Assembly: GCA_905213895.1 (NCBI GenBank)
Contig: CAJMKE010000002.1
Span: 30,124-94,123, forward strand
Reading direction: 5' to 3'
Source: an uncultured Alistipes sp.
GTDB taxonomy: Bacteria; Bacteroidota; Bacteroidia; Bacteroidales; Rikenellaceae
Length of the DNA stretch: 64,000 bases
This document shows positions 27,494-37,135 of this stretch, in pieces. Below the pieces are notes generated by a model. That model saw only the letters and a list, made by a program, of their open reading frames with translations, was not told the DNA's origin and searched no databases. How positions within the stretch are numbered: the stretch's first letter is position 1; the number at the start of each line of letters is the position of its first letter. The position numbers and the translations under genes are program-made.

Positions 27494-28312
27494 CTATTTG
27501 TCGAAAATGTCGTTCAGTACCTTCGCCAGACGCAGACCCGCTTTGAGCATCTGTTCGCAGGCGAGGTCGTCGAACTCGTTGAGCATGTCGCGGTCTACGT
27601 GCGCCATATCCTTCAACTCGGCATCCTCGGCGGCTTTCGGTGCGCGCTCGAAAATCACCTTGCTCGTGCGCGCGCTCTCCTCCAACCACTCTTCGAGCGT
27701 TCCGGCGACGATTGCATCCTTGCGCTCCTGCGAAACTCCGTCATTGAGGATGTGTCCGTAATCCATGTAGCCCCAGTCGGCGTGGTTGCCGATGACGACC
27801 ATCGTGTCCCAGACCTTGTGATAGTTCACCGGCTTCTTCTCGTCGAGATAGCGGACGTTGTAGAACGAGTTGCACAGCACTGTTTTGCAGTCGGGCGTGC
27901 GGTACTCGGTATGTCCCGGGCAGTGGAAGTCGCCCATCGTGTGTACGAGCGTGTAGATGTGGAACTTGCGTGCCGAATCGGTCAGGTTCTCGTAGTTCCC
28001 CAGCAGACGCAGCGTTTCGCGCATCTGCTTGACGGGCTTGCCGATAGGCTTGTCGGTCGCGAGGTCGAAATCGCAGGTGTGGCGGCGTTTGTTCCATGCC
28101 TTGTGCTCCTTGCGGTGGTTGTCGAGCCATGATGCGTAGTAGACTATCGAGTGTCCGTCGATGCACTTCTCGACGTTCTCCTTCGCGCGCGGCGTGAGAT
28201 TCAGTTCGGCGATGTAGGCGATTGCGGCGTGTCCGTCGCGACCCCATGCGAACGCGTCGGCATGGATGCCGATTGCGGTTGCCAGTGTAAATACGGTAAA
28301 TATGATGCGTTT
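27494..28312 (-). CDS. S1/P1 nuclease family protein (paralog 2)
   Basis: It has AWGRDGH and the DFHCPGH motif. Confidence 0.7.
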   Translation of the reverse strand, partial: KRIIFTVFTLATAIGIHADAFAWGRDGHAAIAYIAELNLTPRAKENVEKCIDGHSIVYYASWLDNHRKEHKAWNKRRHTCDFDLATDKPIGKPVKQMRETLRLLGNYENLTDSARKFHIYTLVHTMGDFHCPGHTEYRTPDCKTVLCNSFYNVRYLDEKKPVNYHKVWDTMVVIGNHADWGYMDYGHILNDGVSQERKDAIVAGTLEEWLEESARTSKVIFERAPKAAEDAELKDMAHVDRDMLNEFDDLACEQMLKAGLRLAKVLNDIFDK

Positions 28313-28341
28313 CATGATTTTGTCCATTTGAAATTAAGTTG

Positions 28342-29187
28342 CTATTTTATCGCTGCGGCAGGTTCGCCGTCGTCGAACAGACCGTTAAGCACCTTCGCGA
28401 TGCGGTAGCCCGCAACGGCGACCTGCTCCGTCGAGAACGGATAGATGCCGTTGAGCCACAGGCGAAACTCTTTGCCGTCGAACCGTTTGTCCGGCGTAAT
28501 CATAGAGTAGATTTTGCGGTATTCGGCGGCATTCGACTCTATCCATTTCGTGATGCTTCCGTCGGTCAGAGCCTCGATTTCGTCGGCACTTTTGCGGTTG
28601 AGTTGGTGTGCGAATTCGTTGGCGCGCCAGTTGAAAGTGCCGGTGATTGAGGCGCCGTCCCAGAATGCCATGTAACTGTCGCCCTTCTTCGCCTTGTCGC
28701 GGAAATATTTCCACGAACGCTCCGCCAGAAGGTCGGAGTATACGTAGTGCGACGGGCAGTGGAGGTCGGCAAGTATGTATACGATGAAACGGATGTTGTC
28801 GGCAATCTCCTCTTTCGAGAGGGTGTCGCGCTTTTTCAGTGTCTCTATCGCTTTCGCGAGTCCGTCGAACGCCTGTGCTGAGCGAATATCCTCGGACTGC
28901 GACTTGGCGGCTTTCTTGGCGGCGATGATTTTGCCTTTCGGCGTCAGGGCGACGTTGTGCCACTGGCGGCTTGCGGCGTACTTGTCGATGCCTGCCACGT
29001 CGTCCATCCAGTAGGCGTAGTTGGCAATCGTATGCCCGTCGAGTGCCTCGGCGACAGCCTTCTTGGTCGCCGGAGTGAGGTTGGCATCGGCTATTGCCGC
29101 GATGCCCGTGTGTATCGCGCTGTTCCATGCGTTCGCTGCGGGCGAGAACGCCATGGCTGCGAATATGAGCAGATATATCTTCTTCAT
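28342..29187 (-). CDS. S1/P1 nuclease family protein (paralog 3, more divergent)
   Basis: It has AWNSAIH and the DLHCPSH motif. Confidence 0.65.
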   Translation of the reverse strand: MKKIYLLIFAAMAFSPAANAWNSAIHTGIAAIADANLTPATKKAVAEALDGHTIANYAYWMDDVAGIDKYAASRQWHNVALTPKGKIIAAKKAAKSQSEDIRSAQAFDGLAKAIETLKKRDTLSKEEIADNIRFIVYILADLHCPSHYVYSDLLAERSWKYFRDKAKKGDSYMAFWDGASITGTFNWRANEFAHQLNRKSADEIEALTDGSITKWIESNAAEYRKIYSMITPDKRFDGKEFRLWLNGIYPFSTEQVAVAGYRIAKVLNGLFDDGEPAAAIK

Positions 29188-29195
29188 GGTGTATG

Positions 29196-29981
29196 TTATT
29201 TGTCGAAAATGAGGTTGAGTACGTATGCCAGACGGTAGCCGGCGTTGCGGAGTTGGGTATCGACGACAGTTATCGCGTCGTTGAAGTAGTTTTCGGTCGT
29301 GAGAACCGCGTTCTTCTCTTTCGGTAGCAGTGCGAAGGTCTGCTCGGCAGCCTCTACCGCACCTTTGTACCAGTCGTCGGGCGTGCCTGCCTGAACGGCG
29401 GCGATTGCCTGCCCGTCGAACGTGTCGAGTTCGGCGGCGAGCATCATCGGCGACATGCCGTTATGCTTGATTGCGGTGATGCCTCCGTCCCACAACTTGT
29501 GGAAACGCATCTTCTTGCCGAGTACATTTACGTTCATCGGACGGCTTTTCGGAAAATCGACGTGTACGGGGCAGTGCATGTCGCCGACCAGATGGACGAG
29601 ATACTTTATGTTTATATTGACGGTCGAATCGTCGAGAATGCGGAAATCGGGCATCTCTCCGATTATGCGCTTGACCTGACTCACGGATGCGGGCGGCAGC
29701 GGATTGCCGTTCTCGTCATGGCGGAGGTCGTCGGTCCAGTAGTCCACGTGCCATACGTGCGTCATCTCGTAGCCCTTGCTGTGGCGGTTCTTGTCCATCC
29801 ACGAGGCGTAGTAGACGATGGAACGTTCGCCCGTGTACTTTTCGATGTTCGCCTTGGCGCGCGGCGTGAGGTGGCGTTCGGCGATATAGGCTATCGCGGA
29901 GTGTCCTCTGCCGTCCCATGCGAATACTTTCGCCCCCGAAAGCGTCAGGGCGACGGTGAGCATTAGCAGAAATCTTTTCAT
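29196..29981 (-). CDS. S1/P1 nuclease family protein (paralog 4)
   Basis: It has AWDGRGH and the DMHCPVH motif. Confidence 0.7.
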   Translation of the reverse strand: MKRFLLMLTVALTLSGAKVFAWDGRGHSAIAYIAERHLTPRAKANIEKYTGERSIVYYASWMDKNRHSKGYEMTHVWHVDYWTDDLRHDENGNPLPPASVSQVKRIIGEMPDFRILDDSTVNINIKYLVHLVGDMHCPVHVDFPKSRPMNVNVLGKKMRFHKLWDGGITAIKHNGMSPMMLAAELDTFDGQAIAAVQAGTPDDWYKGAVEAAEQTFALLPKEKNAVLTTENYFNDAITVVDTQLRNAGYRLAYVLNLIFDK

Positions 29982-30059
29982 TGTGCGGATGTTTTAAGGT
30001 GTTATGGTTATCCGTGCAAAGATAGTGAATTCGGTCGGAAATAAGACCCGTGCGGGCAT

Positions 30060-30120
30060 AAAAAAACCGGTTTTCGCAAGAAAACCGGTATGATTCGAGG
30101 CGTATTTCTTGCCTCGCCCG
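30060..30120 (-). terminator. Terminator hairpins after rpmA
   Basis: CGAGGCGTATTTCTTGCCTCG and ACCGGTTTTCGCAAGAAAACCGGT are followed by a T-run on the minus strand. Confidence 0.55.
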
Positions 30121-30127
30121 CATCAGG

Positions 30128-30385
30128 TTATGCGAGCGGAGTAACGCTTACGAAGGATTTGCCCGAAGCCTTCTTTGTGAAGACTACCGTGCCGTTTACC
30201 AGTGCGAACAGAGTGTGGTCCTTGCCCATACCTACGTTCTCACCCGGATTGTGAACAGTACCGCGCTGACGGACGATGATGTTGCCTGCCTTAGCGAACT
30301 GACCACCGAAAAGTTTGACGCCGAGTCGTTTGCTTTCCGACTCACGACCGTTCTTGGAACTACCTACACCTTTTTTGTGTGCCAT
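30128..30385 (-). CDS. rpmA: 50S ribosomal protein L27
   Basis: [24 protein letters not shown] is the canonical L27 N-terminus. Confidence 0.95.
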   Translation of the reverse strand: MAHKKGVGSSKNGRESESKRLGVKLFGGQFAKAGNIIVRQRGTVHNPGENVGMGKDHTLFALVNGTVVFTKKASGKSFVSVTPLA

Positions 30386-30402
30386 GTTTCTCTAAATTTT
30401 AA

Positions 30403-30714
30403 TTATGCAACAATGTCTTCGATGAGAACCTGCGACAGATACTGACGGTGTCCGTTGCACTTCTGATAGCCGGTTCTGCGCTTCTTCTTGAACACCAGAA
30501 CCTTGTCGTCCTTCAAGTGTTTCAGAATCTTGCATTTTACCGAGGCGCCTTTTACCACAGGTGCGCCGACTTTAACCTGACCGCCGTTGTCTACGAGCAG
30601 GACCTTGTCGAAACTCAAAGACGAATCTACTTCGCCTTGAAGACGGTGAACATAGAGTTTCCGACCTTTTTCAGCCTTGAACTGCTGACCTGCAATCTCT
30701 ACTATTACGTACAT
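30403..30714 (-). CDS. rplU: 50S ribosomal protein L21
   Basis: [17 protein letters not shown] is the canonical L21 N-terminus. Confidence 0.95.
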   Translation of the reverse strand: MYVIVEIAGQQFKAEKGRKLYVHRLQGEVDSSLSFDKVLLVDNGGQVKVGAPVVKGASVKCKILKHLKDDKVLVFKKKRRTGYQKCNGHRQYLSQVLIEDIVA

Positions 30715-30753
30715 TTGTTAAATTTGTTATGTGCTTAAACATAATTCAGCCCG

Positions 30754-30761
30754 CAAATATA
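30754..30761 (-). promoter_or_regulatory. Candidate -7 box TATATTTG for rplU-rpmA
   Basis: It matches TAnnTTTG about 40 nt upstream of the rplU ATG on the minus strand. Confidence 0.35.
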
Positions 30762-30836
30762 GCGATTTTTTCGATACGCGCAACACCTGCGCGATAATTT
30801 TCCCGAAAAGTTTGCGGGGAGAGGGGCGGGGGCGGG

Positions 30837-30876
30837 TCCTTAAAGTCTTTAAGGTCTTTAAGGACTTTAAGGTCGT
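30837..30876. repeat. Period-9 tandem repeat, copy e
   Basis: The units read GTCCTTAAA GTCTTTAAG GTCTTTAAG GACTTTAAG GTCGTT. Confidence 0.7.
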
Positions 30877-30943
30877 TGGGTGCTACTGCCGCGTGTTTGG
30901 CATATTTTTGGGAAGCGGATAGTCGTCAAAACGTAAACTGCGG

Positions 30944-31318
30944 ATGAAAAAGATTCTTGTCTATTCGCGCTCCGCGCGGTTCCGGGCTTTGGTCGAAGGA
31001 TTGCTTTCGGTGCGCGGAACGGAGATTTGCAGAGCGGAATGCGTCGGCGAACTCGTCGAGCATTGCCGCTGCGGAACTTTCGACAGCGTGGTCGCCGACG
31101 ACGTGCGTCTGTTCATGGACGGCACGGATTCGGTCGGTCGCCTGCGGCGGTCGCGGTTGGCAGGTCCGCGTATCTTCGTCGTGTCGGCAGACCTTACCGA
31201 AGATACGGTCGTGGCACTGCTCGGCGCGGGCGTAGACCAGTACGTGTCATTGCCGGCAGACCCGACGAGGCTGCTCGACAAACTGTGCGGAAAGAGGTCG
31301 GAGAGCAGTCATGGTTGA
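30944..31318 (+). CDS. Receiver-like (pseudo-receiver, CheY-fold) domain protein
   Basis: The 124-aa protein shows a REC-like pattern (VVADDV, IFVVSADL, GAGVDQYVSLP) but lacks the N-terminal acidic pair. Confidence 0.35.
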   Translation: MKKILVYSRSARFRALVEGLLSVRGTEICRAECVGELVEHCRCGTFDSVVADDVRLFMDGTDSVGRLRRSRLAGPRIFVVSADLTEDTVVALLGAGVDQYVSLPADPTRLLDKLCGKRSESSHG

Positions 31319-32243
31319 AACATTCTCCCTATATTATACGGTCGCCGTGTCGGCGGCTCTGGCGGCGTTCGGCGCATGGCGTATCGCCGCTTTCGTCGGA
31401 CGGCGGCGCGAGAAACGCCGCGAGGCGGAGTGTGCCGAGTGCATATTCCGCATCTCGCGTGTCGTGGCGGCGGATTGCGAACCGTCGTATGACGGCTGCA
31501 TAGGCGATTTCCCGCCGTCGGTCGTTGCCGAATCGCTCGCGTTCGCCGCCGACAATCTCGGTTTGGAGTGTATCGACCGTTTGCGGGGCATCGCCGACGG
31601 CTATTCGGCCTACGACACGCTGTTGTCTCATGCGCGCCGCAGCCGCGGATTCCGTCGGGCGCGCTATCTCGCGATGTCCGCCAAACTGCCGCCGTCGAAG
31701 TCGGCTGCGGCGCGCTGCGAACGTTTCCTGAACGACCGCAACCGCTTCGTGCGCTTCCATGCCTTCATGATTGCTCTGGCGTCCGACAACGGCTCCGCCA
31801 TACGGCGTCTGGCGGCGACCGAAAGACGGCTTACGCACTTCGATGCGGCGGAGATAATGACGCTTCTGCGACGCGGAGTGTGTCCGGTCGCCTACACTCC
31901 GCTGCTGAAATCGGGCAACCGCAATCTCGCGATGTTTGGGATGCAGATAGTGCGTCAGTTCGGCATAACCGACTGCGAAACTGCGCTGCTCGACATCGTG
32001 CGCGGCGGCGACGACGATTTGCGGACGGATGCCGTGCTGCTGCTCGGCTCGCTGCACGGCGACGTGGCTGTGCCTGCCGTCAGAGGGTATGTCCGCGGGC
32101 TGCCCGTTGCGGTGCGCAGGTCGATATACCGCCACTTCGCCGTCGCGGGCTATTCGTCGTCTGCGCTTGCGGCACTGTTCCGCCGCGGCGAGCGGGCATG
32201 GTTCGAATCGGTTCTCAAATCGTATAAACGCTCTATCGTATGA
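31311..32243 (+). CDS. Hypothetical membrane-anchored protein, Ala/Arg-rich
   Basis: It has an N-terminal TM helix. No motif was recognised. GC is very high. Confidence 0.3.
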   Translation: MVETFSLYYTVAVSAALAAFGAWRIAAFVGRRREKRREAECAECIFRISRVVAADCEPSYDGCIGDFPPSVVAESLAFAADNLGLECIDRLRGIADGYSAYDTLLSHARRSRGFRRARYLAMSAKLPPSKSAAARCERFLNDRNRFVRFHAFMIALASDNGSAIRRLAATERRLTHFDAAEIMTLLRRGVCPVAYTPLLKSGNRNLAMFGMQIVRQFGITDCETALLDIVRGGDDDLRTDAVLLLGSLHGDVAVPAVRGYVRGLPVAVRRSIYRHFAVAGYSSSALAALFRRGERAWFESVLKSYKRSIV

Positions 32244-33226
32244 CGGCAGTCTGGTCGGCGGCATTCGTCCTTACACTGTTTTTGGCGGTCTGTGCCGCCG
32301 TATTCGCGCTCCGCGTCGCCCGCGGCGAAGAGAAGGCGCGGCTGATGATGATGTCGCAGGCTTCGGTGAGTGCGCCCGTCGGCAATATCGGGGTGTCGCT
32401 CGTCTGCATCGAACCGTCGTGCGCCGATGCGGTGTCGTCGATGCTCGCCGCGACCTATCCGACGTCGGAGGTCATCGCCGTCGTCGATTCCGTGCGCGAC
32501 AGCGATATTGCCGCCGCGATAATCGAACGCTACGGTCTGGTCGCCGTCGATTACGTGCCGTGCGGGTCGCTGCATGTCGCAGGGGTGCGGCGGCTCTACC
32601 GCTCGCGCTGTCGGGCATGTCGCCGGCTGGTGATGCTGGATATGGCACACGGCGATACGGCGGCGATGTATGATGCTGCGGCGGGCGTCGCCTCCTACGA
32701 CTATCTGCTGCCCGTTCCGTGCGGCGCATCAGTCCGCCCGTACGCCGCGGGCAGGATGGCTTCCGAAGCGGGATTCCATCCGAGTTACTCGGTGGCGGCG
32801 GTCGTAACCTCGCTCGGTGCGCCGCTCGCCATGGTCGCGCTCGAACCTCTTGTCGAATGCGGCGGATTCCGTAATCTTCGTAAATTGATTTCCGGTCGCT
32901 GCGGAACGGTGTGCCGTATCGACGAACCTCTCGCCGACTATACCGGCGGAAGACCGCCGGCGGTATTCGCTTTCATCGCTGCGGCGGCGGTTATTGCGAC
33001 CGTTGCCGCTGTTGCGGTCGCTGCGGTGAAGGGGAGTGCGGCGATAGGGGCTGTCGCCGCGAACATGGCTGCGACGGTCGCCGTGCTGATGTATGTTTCG
33101 GGTCGCGTGATGGTCGGAAAGGGCGTGTGGCGGGCTTTTGTCGCGGCGACATGTAATTTTTGCAGAAATTTAACGTTCGATATTATGAAATGTGGCAAAA
33201 TAGCGTTACCTTTACTAAACCATTAA
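32240..33226 (+). CDS. Hypothetical membrane protein with a degenerate GT2-like N-terminal segment
   Basis: VSLVCIEPSCADAVSSMLAATYPTSEVIAVVDS parallels the GT2 N-terminus. The C-terminus has Ala-rich TM helices. The start overlaps the previous gene by 4 nt. Confidence 0.25.
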   Translation: MTAVWSAAFVLTLFLAVCAAVFALRVARGEEKARLMMMSQASVSAPVGNIGVSLVCIEPSCADAVSSMLAATYPTSEVIAVVDSVRDSDIAAAIIERYGLVAVDYVPCGSLHVAGVRRLYRSRCRACRRLVMLDMAHGDTAAMYDAAAGVASYDYLLPVPCGASVRPYAAGRMASEAGFHPSYSVAAVVTSLGAPLAMVALEPLVECGGFRNLRKLISGRCGTVCRIDEPLADYTGGRPPAVFAFIAAAAVIATVAAVAVAAVKGSAAIGAVAANMAATVAVLMYVSGRVMVGKGVWRAFVAATCNFCRNLTFDIMKCGKIALPLLNH

Positions 33227-33237
33227 AACTTCAAGCA

Positions 33238-34083
33238 ATGTTTAACGACGATATACGAGCCTATCTTCTCTCACGGGCGTTCAATGCCGCAGTGAGGGCT
33301 GGCGCGGAGATAATGAAGGTCTACAAGAACAGCGACGACTACGATATTACCGTCAAGAACGACCATACCCCGTTGACCGTAGCCGACCGTCTGGCACACA
33401 ACAAAATCAAGGAGGTGCTCGGCGAAACGCGAATCCCGATTCTGAGCGAGGAGGGGCGCGAAATGCTCTATGACGAGCGTCGCAACTGGGAGTTGTTCTG
33501 GCTCGTAGACCCGCTCGACGGCACTGTGGAATTCATCAAGGGCAACAACGAGTTTACCGTCAATATCGCCCTGATGTCGGACAACGTCTGCGTCGGTTCG
33601 GTCGTCTATGTACCTTATCTGCGCAAGGCTTATTTCGCCGAACAGGGCATGGGCGCGTATCTGCTGACGGATATTGCGCCGGCGGCTGACGCCGACTACG
33701 ATTACGTGCATCTCTGCTCCGAACGGCGCAGACTGCCGCTCGACGATTCCAAACATTCGACGTTCCGTATCGCCGTTTCGCGTTCGCACCAGACTGACGA
33801 CACGAAGGCTTGCGTGGAGCGAGTGTGCAGGTCGCATCCCGATGCCGAGATTATCGAGCAGGGCAGTTCCTACAAGTTCTGTCTGCTTGCCGAAGGCGCG
33901 ATAGACTACTATCCGCGGACGACGCACACCTATGAGTGGGACACTGCGGCTGCGGAACTCGTGCTTGCCGAAGCGGGCGGTATCACCCGTTCGCTGCCCG
34001 ACCACGGGGCGTTGAAGTATAATAAGGAGGATTTGCACAACCCTTGGTTCGAATGCTACTGCAAGGGCTGCGCCGAACAGTAA
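33238..34083 (+). CDS. cysQ: 3'(2'),5'-bisphosphate nucleotidase CysQ (inositol monophosphatase family)
   Basis: WLVDPLDGT and the EEG..DSK motifs match the IMPase fold. The start is taken at MFNDDIRAYLL. Confidence 0.65.
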   Translation: MFNDDIRAYLLSRAFNAAVRAGAEIMKVYKNSDDYDITVKNDHTPLTVADRLAHNKIKEVLGETRIPILSEEGREMLYDERRNWELFWLVDPLDGTVEFIKGNNEFTVNIALMSDNVCVGSVVYVPYLRKAYFAEQGMGAYLLTDIAPAADADYDYVHLCSERRRLPLDDSKHSTFRIAVSRSHQTDDTKACVERVCRSHPDAEIIEQGSSYKFCLLAEGAIDYYPRTTHTYEWDTAAAELVLAEAGGITRSLPDHGALKYNKEDLHNPWFECYCKGCAEQ

Positions 34084-34093
34084 AGGATAGACC

Positions 34094-34135
34094 CTAACGA
34101 CCTTGAAGACTTTAAGGACTTTAAGGTCGTTAAAG
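34094..34135. repeat. Period-9 tandem repeat, copy f, followed by a C8 run (34136-34143)
   Basis: The units read CTAACGACC TTGAAGAC TTTAAGGAC TTTAAGGTC GTTAAAG, then CCCCCCCC. Confidence 0.7.
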
Positions 34136-34197
34136 CCCCCCCCGACAACAAATAATGCGGGAACGAAATTCCCGCATTATTTTATCAGGTCAGACGG

Positions 34198-35439
34198 CTA
34201 CCGCCTTTTCAGCCTTTCTCTTGCCATTCCCATCACGAGTGCCGGCGATTTCTTTTCGAGCAGCAGTGCCTTCATGCGCTGCATGTAAGGTTCGGTATGC
34301 TCGAAAAACATCTTGTATCCATCGCACAGAATGTTCAGTCCGTATTCGTCGGTCGAATCCTTGATGAAGCGGTGCTTCGGGCATTCGCCGCGGCAGAGGA
34401 AATAGTATTTGCAGTGGCGGCACTGGTGCGGCAGCGACGAACGTTTGAGTACGCCGAATTCGAACTGGCGGTCGCAGTAGGCGAGGTCGCTCAGCGAATC
34501 GGTGTGTATGTTGCCCAGCCGGTATTCGGGGTATACGAAGTGGTCGCAGGCGTAGACGTCGCCGTTGTGTTCGACCGTCAGACCCGTTCCGCAGGTCTCG
34601 CACAGCGAACAGATGGACGGCTGCACGCCGACATAGTTCGCCAGCGTGGCGTCGAACAACTGCACGTATCGCTCGCCGACGTCGTTCACGACCCAGTCGT
34701 CGAATATGTCGCACATGAACTGTCCGAATCCGCGCGCCGACACCGACCACGGGGCGATTTGCGCGCTCTCCTTGTCGGGCGACTGTATGAATCCGTCCGA
34801 AACGAGTTCGGCGACCGGCAGGAACTGCATGAACATGCTTATCTGGCGCAGAAACCGATAGACTTCGTGTCCGCGACCCTCGCTGTGGACATTGACTGTG
34901 GACAGCGTGTTGTACTCCACGCGCGAACGGTACATCATCTCTATTGCCTTCATCACGCGGGCGAACGTAGGCTGCCCGCCGGTATCGAAACGGTGGGCGT
35001 CGTGGATGTCCTCCGGTCCGTCTATCGATATGCCGACGAGGAAGTTGTTGTCGCGGAAGAAGTCGCACCATTCGCGATTGACGAGCAGTCCGTTGGTCTG
35101 AATCGAGTTCTCGACCTCGCGACCCTCGGCGTACTTTTTCTGCAATGCGACCGCCTTTTTGTAGAAGTCGATTCCTGCGAGCAGCGGCTCGCCGCCGTGC
35201 CATGCGAACGACAGCACGGGCGACGCGTTGCCCTCGATGTTGCGGCGGATGTAGAGTTCGAGCAGGTCGTCGTCCATTTTAGGCTCGTGATAGTCGTACA
35301 GAGCCGCCTTGTCGAGGTAGTAGCAGTACTTGCAGCGCATGTTGCATAAAGAACCGACGGGTTTCACCATCGAGGTGAAACCGCGTCGTTCTTCGCGCCG
35401 GAGAATGTCTTCGTATGTGAATTCTATCTTGCGCGCCAT
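34198..35439 (-). CDS. Anaerobic sulfatase-maturating enzyme (radical SAM, SPASM domain)
   Basis: The CNMRCKYC CxxxCxxC radical SAM cluster motif is present. The C-terminus has Cys-rich SPASM motifs. It is adjacent to a sulfatase. Confidence 0.8.
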   Translation of the reverse strand: MARKIEFTYEDILRREERRGFTSMVKPVGSLCNMRCKYCYYLDKAALYDYHEPKMDDDLLELYIRRNIEGNASPVLSFAWHGGEPLLAGIDFYKKAVALQKKYAEGREVENSIQTNGLLVNREWCDFFRDNNFLVGISIDGPEDIHDAHRFDTGGQPTFARVMKAIEMMYRSRVEYNTLSTVNVHSEGRGHEVYRFLRQISMFMQFLPVAELVSDGFIQSPDKESAQIAPWSVSARGFGQFMCDIFDDWVVNDVGERYVQLFDATLANYVGVQPSICSLCETCGTGLTVEHNGDVYACDHFVYPEYRLGNIHTDSLSDLAYCDRQFEFGVLKRSSLPHQCRHCKYYFLCRGECPKHRFIKDSTDEYGLNILCDGYKMFFEHTEPYMQRMKALLLEKKSPALVMGMARERLKRR

Positions 35440-35445
35440 CGGCGA

Positions 35446-37038
35446 TTATTTCGTGTATTTGATGTTGAAGTTCGGATTCTCGGCAGGCACGTGCGACTCG
35501 TTGATGTAGCCCCACATGCGCTCGACGATTTCCGGATGCTCGGCGGCGACGTTGTTGCGGAAGTCCTCGACCTCCTTGCTCGGAGTGGTCAGGTCGTAGA
35601 GTTCCATCTTGCGGTTGCCCTTGTTCACGTCCTGAACCAGTCCTTTCCATTTGCCCCAGCGCACTGCGAATATACCGCCCTTGGTCGGGTACTCCCAATA
35701 GAGGTACTCATGCTCCTTCTGCTTCTTCTCTTTGCCCGAAAGGAGCGGCAGCAGCGATACGCCGTCGGTCTGCGGACACTCGACACCGCCTATTTCACAT
35801 ACCGTAGGCATGATGTCGGTGAAGTCGCCGATATGGTCGCTGACGATGCCTTTCTTGATTTTTGCGGGCCACGAAGCGATGAACGGCATTCGGATTCCGC
35901 CCTCGTGGAGCGAACGCTTGCCCCAGCCTTTGCCGCAGCGGAACGGCTGCGCGCTGTCGAACCATACGGTCGGCGACGATGCGTTGTTGGCAGGACCGTT
36001 GTCGCTGGTGAAGATGATAATCGTATTCTCGTAGATGCCCAGACGCTTCAACTCCTTGACGAGTTCGCCGACCTGATGGTCGAAATAACTTATCATCGCG
36101 GCGTATGTAGCGTGCGGGTAGCGGCAAGGATAGTAGTTGTGAGGCCATACGTTCTGGTGGAAGTCGTCGCCCGCGAGCGGCTCCTCGTCGCCGAACTTCG
36201 CCACATAGTGGTCTACCCACTCCTGCGGAGCCTGCAACGGCGAGTGAGGCAGCGGGGTAGTCCACATCAGGAAGAACGGACGCTCGGCGTTCTCATTGAC
36301 GAACTCCTTCACGTTCTCGAACATCACGTCAGGTCCGTAAACCTTGCCCTTCGAATATTTGTCGTAACTGCGCGGGTCGCGAGGGTCTGCCCCTTCGTCG
36401 AGCGGCGTACCCGGGTTGATGTACTCCTTGTTGATTTGCTCTTTCTGGTCGTTTTTCCAGTAGAACGGCGTGTAGTAGTTGTGCGCCAGACGCTGGCAGA
36501 TGCAGCCGTAGTAGAAGTCGAATCCCATCGTCCAAGGCTTGCTCTCGTTCGCCGGTCCTCCGACTCCCCATTTGCCGACCATGCCGGTGCGGTAGCCCGC
36601 CTTCTGCATCTCTGTGCCGAGCGTAGGGGTGTCGGCATGCAGAGGATACTGACCTTCGAGGGTCGGGTCCATATATACGTCGTCGTAGTACCATACGCGT
36701 GGGTTGCCGTCCTGTACCTCCTGATTGTCGCGGATTTGTGCATGTCCCGAGTTCATGCCCGTGAGCAGGCAGCAGCGCGACGGCGAGGATACCGGTGCGG
36801 CGGTGTACATGTTGGTGAAACGGATTCCGTTTTCGGCGAGCGCGTCGATGTTCGGGGTCTCGGTCTTGGTCTGTCCGTAGCAGCCGAAATCGCCGTGTCC
36901 GGCATCGTCCATAAGGATGAAAATCACGTTCGGACGCTTGTCGTTCTTCGCCTTGTCGGCTTTTCCGGCTGCTGTCGCCGGTGCAGCCGCAACGGAAGGA
37001 ACGGTTGCGCAAAGTGCAAGTCTGGTAAATTTGTTCAT
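35446..37038 (-). CDS. Arylsulfatase family protein (Ser-type formylglycine motif), secreted
   Basis: It has a signal peptide and a sulfatase signature SSPSRCCLLTG, a Ser-type S-x-P-x-R. Downstream it has the GKWH, GY motifs. Confidence 0.8.
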   Translation of the reverse strand: MNKFTRLALCATVPSVAAAPATAAGKADKAKNDKRPNVIFILMDDAGHGDFGCYGQTKTETPNIDALAENGIRFTNMYTAAPVSSPSRCCLLTGMNSGHAQIRDNQEVQDGNPRVWYYDDVYMDPTLEGQYPLHADTPTLGTEMQKAGYRTGMVGKWGVGGPANESKPWTMGFDFYYGCICQRLAHNYYTPFYWKNDQKEQINKEYINPGTPLDEGADPRDPRSYDKYSKGKVYGPDVMFENVKEFVNENAERPFFLMWTTPLPHSPLQAPQEWVDHYVAKFGDEEPLAGDDFHQNVWPHNYYPCRYPHATYAAMISYFDHQVGELVKELKRLGIYENTIIIFTSDNGPANNASSPTVWFDSAQPFRCGKGWGKRSLHEGGIRMPFIASWPAKIKKGIVSDHIGDFTDIMPTVCEIGGVECPQTDGVSLLPLLSGKEKKQKEHEYLYWEYPTKGGIFAVRWGKWKGLVQDVNKGNRKMELYDLTTPSKEVEDFRNNVAAEHPEIVERMWGYINESHVPAENPNFNIKYTK

Positions 37039-37135
37039 TGGTACGGTAATTATAAGTTTGGTACAAAAGTATTAAAAAAAAACGAGATTCCGACAAAGCG
37101 ACCGAAAAAGTCTGCAAAAGGAAAACCGCGAGATG

